From assembly GCA_963663805.2 (NCBI GenBank), contig CAXXMR010000012.1, positions 541,462 to 605,461 of the forward strand: a stretch of DNA of 64,000 nucleotides. The letters are read 5' to 3'. Made by a program: the position numbers and the translations under genes. Positions 1 to 8,487 of the stretch are shown here, piece by piece; the first letter of the stretch is position 1; the number at the start of each line of letters is the position of its first letter. The notes beneath the pieces were generated by a model that was not told the origin of the DNA, searched no databases, and saw only the letters and a program-made list of their open reading frames with translations. This DNA comes from Sedimentisphaerales bacterium. Its GTDB lineage: Bacteria; Planctomycetota; Phycisphaerae; Sedimentisphaerales; SM23-30.

Positions 1-435
1 CATAGTTATTTTAGCGCCGGCGAACACTTTTTCCCCCCGTGTGCCGCCTACGGAGATGAAAATACCCTTACGGTGGGGGGCTTCTGTCGGCGGCGGCTGG
101 GTCTTCAGGACGTATCGGCGGGCCCAGAAAACCTGGCAGCGGTCAATCATAACCTTCGCCTGAGCACAATGAGCCATGAAATATATGGGGCTTGCCAAAA
201 TTATACAGCGGGCCTTTTCTAGCCTATCAATCACATCAGCCATATCGTCTTTGATGACGCAATGTCCGTGTTTTAGACAATAATCACAATGTTTACAAGG
301 CTTTATGTCAAGTTTGGTCAGGTCGATTTTCTCCGTCGCCAGCCCTCCCTCGCTGGCCCCACGCAGCAACTCCTCCAGCAGCAAAGTTGTATTGCTGTTA
401 CGCCTGGGGCTCGAAGCTAAACCTAAGACATCCAT
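1..435 (-). CDS. Flavodoxin family / NADPH-dependent FMN reductase (iron-sulfur flavoprotein-like), runs off the window edge
   Basis: Manual translation from ATG at 435: MDVLGLASSPRRNSNTTLLLEE...KPCKHCDYCLKHGHCVIKDD...ILASPIYF; SPR..SNT FMN-binding start plus CxxCxxCxxxxxC. Not in the ORF track because it is truncated. Confidence 0.88.
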   Translation of the reverse strand, partial: MDVLGLASSPRRNSNTTLLLEELLRGASEGGLATEKIDLTKLDIKPCKHCDYCLKHGHCVIKDDMADVIDRLEKARCIILASPIYFMAHCAQAKVMIDRCQVFWARRYVLKTQPPPTEAPHRKGIFISVGGTRGEKVFAGAKITM

Positions 436-476
436 AAAAGGGGTCAAATCTCTTTTTTCCTAATCAAAAACTCCAC

Positions 477-1379
477 TCATGATACGGCCATACGTTCTTC
501 AGCCACAACTTTGAGTTTGCCCAAAGCCTTATTCTGAATCTGTCGGATACGTTCCTTGGTCAGACCCAATTTAGCCCCTACCTCTTTGAGTGTCAAAGGC
601 TTATCATCTTCGCCTTTACCATTGTCATCCAGCGAAAACCGCATTTTCACTACTGCCCGTTCAATTTCGCTCAACTCCGCCAGATTTTCACGCACAATAA
701 CCCTGACTTCCTCCACCCAGTCTTCGTGAGTTTCTTCCCGGCACTGTTCCAGATAGTCATCCCGCTCCAGAGAGGGATCCCACTGAGCAGGGAACATGCC
801 CCGATAGCGATAATTTTGCTTGGACGCCCGAGAAAAACTTTTCAGAATCGCCCGGCAGGCATAGGTGCTGAACTTCCACCCTAATGCGCAATCGAACTTC
901 TCAGACGCTCTCAATAAAGCCATACTCCCTTCGCTCACCAGGTCGGTGAATTCAACCGTCGGATAGCTAACCCTTTTTGCCATAGAAAGTACCAGACCCA
1001 AATTCCCCGAAACAATCTGGCTTTGAACATCGCAGCTCAACTGATACCAAGCCTGAAGCTCCTTGATTTTGCTCAAAGGCCAGTCCTTATCACGCAGAAT
1101 AGACTTGCGAACCTGCTCCATCTTATAACGGGCATAGTTGAACTGGAGAAAGAGAGTAATCTCATCTTCCAGGCACAGATTCTCATTTGCTACTGCCTCA
1201 ACCTCCCGCTCCATAATCTCCTTCATAACCGAAGGCCGGCGAAAACGGTCGTCGTACATGCAATCCGTCTCGTCGGACAGAAGTTTTCCCAGTAATTGCT
1301 TCTGGGCCAGGGGTATTCGCAAGGCCGAGAGTTTCTCAGCGTTTCGAACGCTTAACTTTTCGCGGTTTTTCTTCTTCAT
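477..1379 (-). CDS. RNA polymerase sigma-70 family alternative sigma factor
   Basis: Region 2 (NLGLVLSMAK, DLVSEG...LLRASEKFD...KFSTYA) and region 4 (LTLKEVGAKLGLTKERIRQIQNKALGKL). Confidence 0.93.
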   Translation of the reverse strand: MKKKNREKLSVRNAEKLSALRIPLAQKQLLGKLLSDETDCMYDDRFRRPSVMKEIMEREVEAVANENLCLEDEITLFLQFNYARYKMEQVRKSILRDKDWPLSKIKELQAWYQLSCDVQSQIVSGNLGLVLSMAKRVSYPTVEFTDLVSEGSMALLRASEKFDCALGWKFSTYACRAILKSFSRASKQNYRYRGMFPAQWDPSLERDDYLEQCREETHEDWVEEVRVIVRENLAELSEIERAVVKMRFSLDDNGKGEDDKPLTLKEVGAKLGLTKERIRQIQNKALGKLKVVAEERMAVS

Positions 1380-1442
1380 GGCTGCATCCTTCTTATCATG
1401 GTTGTGGTTAAAATTCCATTCAACCTCTCAGGTTTACTAATA

Positions 1443-1458
1443 AGCAATCAGTATGCCT
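1443..1458 (-). promoter_or_regulatory. Sigma-54 (-24/-12) promoter for the sigma-70 gene
   Basis: Minus strand reads AGGCATactgaTTGCT (GG-N10-GC), about 65 bp upstream of the ATG. Confidence 0.65.
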
Positions 1459-1565
1459 GTTCAGACAAAAAAATAATTATCGGACAATAAAGCCTCTAAC
1501 TGTTTGTAAATAAGCAAGTTAAACATAATAAATCTATAATTTTTTTTTGGCCAACCAAAGACAAC

Positions 1566-1822
1566 TGTCTCATTCGTGCTATAACGAGACAGTTTCGCTG
1601 TCATTCAAATTCGCCTGACAACAACATTATTAAGGTAACTTGTTTTTTAAAAAGAGTTTACATTTTTAAGGTCAATATATTTGTTATTGTGAGACATATT
1701 TATTTTCTACTGAGACACTAGCCTTTTTAGGCCGTAACTACTTGTAAAATAAAAGATGCTCTATATAAAACAGATGTCTGCCGGACAAATAAAGTGTCTC
1801 AATATAGAATCAGGAGAGACAG
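1566..1822. promoter_or_regulatory. Cluster of TGTCTC/GAGACA half-sites (candidate enhancer-binding-protein UAS)
   Basis: Inverted pairs CTGTCTC...GAGACAG (~1566-1591) and TGTCTC...GAGACA (~1795-1820), direct GAGACA copies (~1691, ~1713), all in an AT-rich divergent spacer. Confidence 0.5.
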
Positions 1823-1931
1823 ATAACTCGCCTGACACACCCTGTAATATAATCCCTGGAAGAATGTTTTGTTACACAATCGATTTATTAGCAATAGGTT
1901 ATATAAAAACTTTTGGGATGGTTTAAGGGGT

Positions 1932-1947
1932 TGGCACATCATTTGCA
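1932..1947 (+). promoter_or_regulatory. Sigma-54 (-24/-12) promoter
   Basis: TGGCACatcatTTGCA, exact consensus, 40 bp upstream of the ATG at 1988. Confidence 0.8.
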
Positions 1948-1987
1948 ATTCATATGGATAGAGGAATATTTGTAAGGGTGCTGTACT

Positions 1988-2233
1988 ATGGACATAAAAA
2001 ATACGAAATATCTGTTGTGTAATGACCATTTGATTGAAGCTGTCAATCTGGCAGAGAAATTGCTCGCTCTGGCTGACCGGGGAGATGAAAGCCGGGAGGA
2101 CGTTGGTTGCGGCGTTCTTTACGGCATGATTCGGGACTGCGGCTACAAGCTGCGCTCGCTCGCGGAAGCAGAGATTGCCGAACATCAGCGTAGAGGAATC
2201 TGGTCTTCAGCCTTAGCGACTCATAAAGAATAG
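1988..2233 (+). CDS. Small hypothetical helical protein (81 aa)
   Basis: ORF directly behind a sigma-54 promoter, AAGGGTG RBS-like sequence, protein-like motif ADRGD..REDVGCGVLYGMIRD. Confidence 0.75.
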   Translation: MDIKNTKYLLCNDHLIEAVNLAEKLLALADRGDESREDVGCGVLYGMIRDCGYKLRSLAEAEIAEHQRRGIWSSALATHKE

Positions 2234-2327
2234 TTTGTCTGGCTGTGCCATTGAGATTACATTTACCATAACCGGACATGTACTGCCGGCTGGACAACAT
2301 GGAACACAAAATTGCGGAGGTGCCCTG

Positions 2328-3182
2328 ATGTGGGACTATACCGATAAAGTAAAAGAACATTTCATGAATCCACGCAACGTGGGTATCGTTGAAAATCCCG
2401 ACGGAGTGGGTGAAGTTGGCTCGCTAGCCTGCGGGGATGCCCTAAAACTCACCTTCAAACTGGATGACCAGAAGCGAATCGCGGAAGTAAAATTTCAGAC
2501 ATTCGGTTGCGGCAGTGCCATTGCCTCCTCCTCTGCCCTGACAGAACTTATAAAAGGCAAAACCATCGACCAGGCTCTGGAAGTTACCAATAAAGACATC
2601 GCAGATTATCTCGGCGGCCTGCCCGAACAAAAAATGCACTGTTCCGTCATGGGACGTGAAGCCCTCGAAGCCGCCGTCGAAAATTATCGCACCGGCGGCA
2701 AGGTCAAACATGAGCTTCAGGGCAAAGTCGTCTGCACCTGCTTCGGCATAACCGAAGATGAAATCCGCCGTGTCGTAGAAGAAAATAATCTTAAAACCGT
2801 CGATGAAGTCACCAATTATTGTAAAGCTGGCGGCGGCTGCGGCGGCTGCTATCCCGAAATAGAAAAAATTATCGACCAGGTCCAAAACAAGGATAAAGCA
2901 ACCGCCCCGGCAGTAGCACCCAGCCGTCCGACCAAGCCCTTAACAAACCTGGAAAAAATCAAATTGATCGAACAGACTCTTGACCAACAGGTTCGCCCGG
3001 CTCTGCAAGCTGACGGCGGCGACCTGGAACTTGTCGATGTGGTAGGCGACCGCGTGGTCATAAGTTTCCGTGGAATGTGTGCTCAATGCCACGCCGCAGA
3101 GTTTACTATGGCAGAAGTCGTCCAGGCCCGCCTGCGCGAATTCGTCAGCGAAACCATCACCGTCGAGGAGGCCCCAAAATGA
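2328..3182 (+). CDS. nifU: Fe-S cluster assembly scaffold NifU
   Basis: MWDYTDKVKEHF..P.NVG, CGD, FGCGSAIASSS, KMHCSVMG; central CTCF...CKAGGGCGGC; C-terminal NFU domain (DGGDLELV, GMCAQC). Start moved to ATG 2328 (GGAGG RBS). Confidence 0.95.
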   Translation: MWDYTDKVKEHFMNPRNVGIVENPDGVGEVGSLACGDALKLTFKLDDQKRIAEVKFQTFGCGSAIASSSALTELIKGKTIDQALEVTNKDIADYLGGLPEQKMHCSVMGREALEAAVENYRTGGKVKHELQGKVVCTCFGITEDEIRRVVEENNLKTVDEVTNYCKAGGGCGGCYPEIEKIIDQVQNKDKATAPAVAPSRPTKPLTNLEKIKLIEQTLDQQVRPALQADGGDLELVDVVGDRVVISFRGMCAQCHAAEFTMAEVVQARLREFVSETITVEEAPK

Positions 3183-4381
3183 AAATCATTTATCTTGATA
3201 ATAACGCCACCACTCGGCTGGCCGACGAAGTGCTGCAAGAAATGCTGCCCTACTATCATGAGTATTACGGCAACGCCTCCAGTATGCACACCTTCGGTGG
3301 TCAGATACACAAGAAAATCGACTGGGCCCGCGGACAGGTTGCCCGGCTTCTTAATTGTGAGCCCGAAGAAATTTATTTTACCAGTGGCGGCACCGAAAGT
3401 GACAACACCGCTATCCGTGGCGTAATTGAAGCCAAGTCCGAGCGTCAGCATATTATAACTTCGCGAGTTGAGCATCCCGCGGTGCGTACGGTTTGCCGCC
3501 ATTTACAAAAAAAGGGACACCGTCTCACCGAAGTTAATGTCGACGCGTCGGGCCGTCTCGATATGGGCCAGTTCGTCGAAGCTCTCACCGACCAGAGCGG
3601 CCTGGTGACCATAATGGCAGCCAATAATGAAACCGGCACAATATTTCCTATTCCTCAAATCGCCGGAATGGTGAAGTCACGCGGCGGGATACTCCACACC
3701 GACGCCGTACAGTTGGTAGGCAAAACACCGCTGAACCTTCAGGACACACCCATTGACTTACTCAGCCTTTCCGGTCACAAACTGCACGGTCCCAAAGGCG
3801 TTGGCGTTTTGTTTATTCGACGCGGTACATCTATCGTGCCTCAGCAGTTAGGAGGCCATCAGGAGTTGAGCAAACGTGCCGGCACCGAGAATGTCCCTGG
3901 TATCGTCGGGCTAGGCAAGGCCTGCGAACTCGCCCTAAAAAATATCCAGGAAGAGGAAACCCGGGTCAGCCGCCTGCGCGACCGCCTCGAAAAAGGTCTG
4001 CTGGAAACCTGCCCCGATGCCCGCGTTAACGGCGATATAGAACATCGTCTGCCCAATACCACCAACATTAGTTTTGAATATATCGAAGGCGAAGCGATTC
4101 TCCTGCTCATGAACGAAGTCGGCATTTGTGCCTCCTCCGGCTCGGCATGTACCAGCGGCTCGCTTGAGCCGTCCCATGTTTTAAGAGCAATGGGAGTGCC
4201 CTTTACCGCGGTGCACGGCAGTATCAGATACAGCCTCAGTCGTTACACCACCGACCAGGAAGTCGATTTTGTGCTGAAGGAAATGCCTCCGATAATAAAA
4301 CGACTGCGGAGCATATCAATGTTCTGTGCCGGCAAAGATGCCACCACCGCAGCCCCTTGCGAAATTAAACCAACGCTGTAA
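3179..4381 (+). CDS. nifS: Cysteine desulfurase NifS
   Basis: IYLDNNATT, HTDAVQ, SGHKLHGPKG, SSGSACTS; ATGA overlap with the nifU stop. Confidence 0.95.
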   Translation: MKIIYLDNNATTRLADEVLQEMLPYYHEYYGNASSMHTFGGQIHKKIDWARGQVARLLNCEPEEIYFTSGGTESDNTAIRGVIEAKSERQHIITSRVEHPAVRTVCRHLQKKGHRLTEVNVDASGRLDMGQFVEALTDQSGLVTIMAANNETGTIFPIPQIAGMVKSRGGILHTDAVQLVGKTPLNLQDTPIDLLSLSGHKLHGPKGVGVLFIRRGTSIVPQQLGGHQELSKRAGTENVPGIVGLGKACELALKNIQEEETRVSRLRDRLEKGLLETCPDARVNGDIEHRLPNTTNISFEYIEGEAILLLMNEVGICASSGSACTSGSLEPSHVLRAMGVPFTAVHGSIRYSLSRYTTDQEVDFVLKEMPPIIKRLRSISMFCAGKDATTAAPCEIKPTL

Positions 4382-4476
4382 AACGACCCCGCATAATTGT
4401 AAGACGAACACCCAAACACTCTGAACACGGAGCCTCTGCGCTTTCAAAAGTGAATAAGTTTATTTTTGGCCTCTAC

Positions 4477-4518
4477 GCCGGGTGTGCCTGTACTGCCATG
4501 GTACGGGTGCACCCGGCA
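4477..4518. terminator. Long GC-rich hairpin between convergent genes (terminator or REP-like)
   Basis: GCCGGGTGTGCCTGTAC...GTACGGGTGCACCCGGC imperfect inverted repeat. Confidence 0.5.
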
Positions 4519-4541
4519 ACCTATAAGAAAAGCCCAGGGTG

Positions 4542-6848
4542 TCACTTGTTTTCTGCTGTCCTGCGAAGCTCAGGCGTTAAACGCGGATAAAGTTTTTCAC
4601 GTTCAGGCCACATCTCACGCTGCATCGCCAAAAAACTATTTTCGATTGCCAACGCTTTATCGAACGCTGCCTGAGCTTCTTCAGTTCGACCACCCTTTAA
4701 CAGCTTCCGGCCATAAAGAACCAGCATCTCCGAATTACCCGGATAAATCGCCAAAGCCTTTTTCTCTGCCTCAATAGATTTTTCTATCAGCGTTAAATCG
4801 TCCTTTTTAATATCAGCCGCCTGCTCATACATCTGCGCCAGGGAGTCATAGTAACGATAATTCAGCGGGTCACACTCAATCGCTCGCTCAAACCATTTAG
4901 ACGCCTGTGCGAAATAAGCACCATGCTTTTGAGGAGCCCCAAACCAGATAATATAACAAAGCCTGGCATTAAAATACGCCGGCCCAGGGTCAAGCCGACT
5001 TATTTCCCACGCATCCGTACCCAAAAGCACAGCCCGCTCCCGCATCTTAAAACTGGATTCCGGCAGACTTCCAAATTTACCCTGCCGGTAATCCCGGTCA
5101 ATTTCCCCCGCAGCGACAGCACACTTTTCCGCGGCACGCATCGTGTGATAAGAAAAAATATTCATGCCGGCACTTCGCCAAAAACACGCGGTTATAATTG
5201 CGACAACAATGATTCCTGTAATCTTCAAACCGGGTCTAATCTCAAAAGAATAATCTGTTTTACGCGTTCTCAAGCTGAACAGCAAAGCCGCCATCGCAAA
5301 AAAACACGTACACAAGCCCGGCTGAAAAAACGCCATGTCTATACTGTTGTGCAGCATAAATCCCAGCATCCCCGCACCAATCATGATTGTAACGATAGGC
5401 GAATTGTCCAGCGGCTTCTCACAACAACACCAGGCGACCACAAAACCCGCCAGCCATACCAGGGCCGGTATAATAAACATTATCAGATAAACACTAAGTC
5501 TTTCCGCTTCGCCCGTCCCCGATAAATCACTTGCCGCCAGACGTATACTCACAATACCCACCAGAGTAATCAGCGCCGGAATCAGATACCGCCTGGATTT
5601 TTTCTGCTCTGTGGCGACAGCATCAGACTGAGGCCGCGCCGCTCTAAACGCCCCCGCAATCGCCGCCCAGCTCAACGCCGCTAACCCAAATATGCCCCAC
5701 TGACTCAAAATCGCCACCGGCACACTATGAGGATCCTTAACCACCTCCGGGGCCGCCGGGTCAAGATAATGCATATAATGAATCCCAAAATTCTCCGGCC
5801 CCACCCCCCAAAGCGGATTATCCTTTATCATTTCCCCCGCCGCCTGCCAGTACTGCCACCGAACCCACATCGAATTACTCGGCAGCCGATTATGGGTCGT
5901 GCCGTACCAGGCAATCACGCCCGCTGTAAGAATAATCAAAATCAAACTTACGATAATGATACTTTTGTAATGTCGGCTCAGAAAATTCCGTAGCAGATAA
6001 AAAACTACAGCAAATCCGCCCGCCGCCAGCCCCGCCAGGATGCCGCCCTTGCTCTCGGTAATAAGCATCCCCGCGACAATCGCCAGCACACAACCGCCGC
6101 CCAGCAGCAGTAGCCACGAACGTTCCGCGTAAAGCCGCCGCAAATTATTTAGATAAACCGCACCCGCGCCCATTATCGCCAGAATGAAAAATGATGCCGT
6201 TGTATTGCTGATAATGAAATACCCGCCGATGTCCCGGCTGGCCACCCGCTCAGCAAACTGCGCCGCCGCATAAGTACCCGGCTCAACCCCCTGAGCCCGC
6301 ATCATGGTCTCAGAATTCGCTTCAAACTGAGCAACCGAAGCGTCACTGTCGTATTGATACTGTTCCCAGCACCGATAAGCCATTGTAACCCCAGTGGCGA
6401 TAATGACGCTCAGCAAAAAACGCTTCTGTTCGGGCTCTCGCAGTAATTGTACCAGCAGCACCGCCATCAGCATTGCCGCGCAAAGGTTCATTGCCGCGAT
6501 AGCCGCAGTATGTTTATTGGAAGCATGAGCCGCCGACATTATACCTGCGAACATCAGCAGCACCAAAGGGCCCAGCAAACCGGTGGCCCGCCAGCGAAAA
6601 GTTTTACGTATCAGATTAGCTATGATATAAAGAGCCGTGAGTGTAACAATCAACCCCGCGAACACCAGCAGCGCCGGCGTTTCCGCCGCGCCCAGCTGAA
6701 TGTCAAGTATCGGCCCGCTGACCTTCCACATCAACGGCAGCGACTCATTTATCTGGCAGCGACCCGCTACAATAATCGCACACGCGACCAGCAGAATACT
6801 GTCCAGCAGATTAAATCTGGGTTTGTTTTCCAGTGCGGTAGATTTCAC
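4542..6848 (-). CDS. O-antigen ligase family membrane protein with C-terminal TPR-like repeats
   Basis: Many TM segments, TESKGG, RWQYW...MIKDNPLWGVGPENF, PHS motif, helical TPR-like tail; likely GTG start 6848 overlapping the upstream stop (GTGA). Confidence 0.82.
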   Translation of the reverse strand: MKSTALENKPRFNLLDSILLVACAIIVAGRCQINESLPLMWKVSGPILDIQLGAAETPALLVFAGLIVTLTALYIIANLIRKTFRWRATGLLGPLVLLMFAGIMSAAHASNKHTAAIAAMNLCAAMLMAVLLVQLLREPEQKRFLLSVIIATGVTMAYRCWEQYQYDSDASVAQFEANSETMMRAQGVEPGTYAAAQFAERVASRDIGGYFIISNTTASFFILAIMGAGAVYLNNLRRLYAERSWLLLLGGGCVLAIVAGMLITESKGGILAGLAAGGFAVVFYLLRNFLSRHYKSIIIVSLILIILTAGVIAWYGTTHNRLPSNSMWVRWQYWQAAGEMIKDNPLWGVGPENFGIHYMHYLDPAAPEVVKDPHSVPVAILSQWGIFGLAALSWAAIAGAFRAARPQSDAVATEQKKSRRYLIPALITLVGIVSIRLAASDLSGTGEAERLSVYLIMFIIPALVWLAGFVVAWCCCEKPLDNSPIVTIMIGAGMLGFMLHNSIDMAFFQPGLCTCFFAMAALLFSLRTRKTDYSFEIRPGLKITGIIVVAIITACFWRSAGMNIFSYHTMRAAEKCAVAAGEIDRDYRQGKFGSLPESSFKMRERAVLLGTDAWEISRLDPGPAYFNARLCYIIWFGAPQKHGAYFAQASKWFERAIECDPLNYRYYDSLAQMYEQAADIKKDDLTLIEKSIEAEKKALAIYPGNSEMLVLYGRKLLKGGRTEEAQAAFDKALAIENSFLAMQREMWPEREKLYPRLTPELRRTAENK

Positions 6849-7903
6849 GGACGCTCCAGAATTGCGATAATAAAAACTATCATTACCGTCTGGGCGAAAA
6901 TCAATATCACCCCGGTTTGCGATACCTGGTGCAGAAACGTCGCCCCCAGCCCCGTACACGCCGTCGCCAGATAAATCGTCAACGCTGTTTGCCGTACCGT
7001 CAGCCCCCGCCTCAACAGCCGATGACTGAAATGATGAGTATCACCCACCCAAAGACTCCGACCCTGCCAAAAGCGGATAAGCATCACGCTGATAAAATCA
7101 TAAAGCGGTACCGCCAGAACTATCAGCGGCATAAGCGTCGCGAACCACGTCCCGCCCGCCAGGTGCTCATGATAATAAGTCGTGCGAATGGTACAAACCG
7201 CCACCAGCATCCCCACCACCAGACTGCCCCCGTCACCCATAAATATTTTCGCCGGTGCGAAGTTGAACACCAGAAAACCCAGCAAAGCCCCGATAAGCAA
7301 AACCTCAAGACCCGCCACAAAAACCTGACCCGCGTTTAGCGCAGCCGTTAGCAAAATCCCTGTGCATATCGTCGCAATCCCCGCCGACAGCCCGTCCATA
7401 TTATCCAGAAAATTAAAAGCGTTGATAATTACCCCCATCCACAAAATCGAAAGAAGGGTGGTCAACAACTCACTGCCGATGAAAAAGTCAAACCGTATCT
7501 CTCCCACTGTCGCCAGCAGCGTCGCTACCGTCAGTTGAATCACCAGTTTCAAAAGAGGCCCCAGATGCCGCAAATCATCCACAATCCCCATGATATGCAA
7601 AGCCCCCGCACAAACAATCAGAACCATAGTCGGCACAATCCGGCTCGACAAACCCGGCACATGCACCGCCATCTCCGCCGGCAGCCAAACAGGGACGCCA
7701 AACCTGTCCGCCCCGATAGCCAAACCACTCATCACCATCAGCGGCAGCATAACTACCCAGAATATCACTACCCCGCCGCCCAGAGCGATAGGCCTTTCGT
7801 GAATCTTCCGTACGCCCGGCTTGTCCGTAAAGTTGTGAGCGATAGCCCATCGACGCATTAATGCGGTAAAAACCACCGAACTGACCAACGCGACAGCTCC
7901 CAA
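6845..7903 (-). CDS. MraY/WecA/TagO family undecaprenyl-phosphate GlcNAc-1-phosphate transferase
   Basis: D.PG.RKIH..P...GG, GIVDD, NAFNFLDNMDGL, IFMGDGGS, DTHHFSHRL; exact start uncertain. Confidence 0.92.
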   Translation of the reverse strand: MGAVALVSSVVFTALMRRWAIAHNFTDKPGVRKIHERPIALGGGVVIFWVVMLPLMVMSGLAIGADRFGVPVWLPAEMAVHVPGLSSRIVPTMVLIVCAGALHIMGIVDDLRHLGPLLKLVIQLTVATLLATVGEIRFDFFIGSELLTTLLSILWMGVIINAFNFLDNMDGLSAGIATICTGILLTAALNAGQVFVAGLEVLLIGALLGFLVFNFAPAKIFMGDGGSLVVGMLVAVCTIRTTYYHEHLAGGTWFATLMPLIVLAVPLYDFISVMLIRFWQGRSLWVGDTHHFSHRLLRRGLTVRQTALTIYLATACTGLGATFLHQVSQTGVILIFAQTVMIVFIIAILERP

Positions 7904-7917
7904 AATCAGAATGTATT

Positions 7918-8472
7918 TTAACTCTGCGATTTTAATTGCTCCGTTAGACGCTCACGAGCGGCACTCAGAAAACCATCATACCTGCCGCTGCCGTAATCGG
8001 GATAAGTGAAAGGCCAAGAATGCCACTGACCCTTGTGAAAATGCAGAGTCGGCTCAGCGTACATGTCATTACCGATATAAACCCGATGTGAATAATTCTT
8101 CGTCGTTACCAGAACCAGCTTGCTCGGCTCGATATAACCCGGGTCCAGATTCACTGGCCGCGCCGCCTCGTTCGACCCGCAAGGTGAACTCTCGGCGCAA
8201 ATCCTTTCCAGTTCGTTACTCTGATGCTTGCACTGAGAGATTTCTTCCGGTCGAATCGGTCTCTCAAAACTGAGAAACTTACGCAATAAAGTGTCACCCA
8301 TTTCCTGCGCGTAATAATTCGTCCACGTAAAGTCGATAACCTCACTGGCAATATCAACCGGCCCCCACCACGCCGACATCGCCCGCTCAGCCCAGTCGAA
8401 CAATTCCACCTGCCCGCTGAGCATACCCACAATCAACTTAACCGGTCTGGGAGGCCGCAACTGCTGAGACAT
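7918..8472 (-). CDS. DUF4416 family protein
   Basis: PVKLIVG, T.YY..EMG, NLDPGY, LVTTKNYSHRVY, WPFTYPDY pattern. Confidence 0.8.
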   Translation of the reverse strand: MSQQLRPPRPVKLIVGMLSGQVELFDWAERAMSAWWGPVDIASEVIDFTWTNYYAQEMGDTLLRKFLSFERPIRPEEISQCKHQSNELERICAESSPCGSNEAARPVNLDPGYIEPSKLVLVTTKNYSHRVYIGNDMYAEPTLHFHKGQWHSWPFTYPDYGSGRYDGFLSAARERLTEQLKSQS

Positions 8473-8487
8473 CTTCAGCTCTCCAAA

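Noticed and set aside
2328..4381. nifU/nifS as evidence of nitrogen fixation
   Set aside because: No nifHDK or other nif genes in the window; NifUS is a common housekeeping Fe-S system in anaerobes
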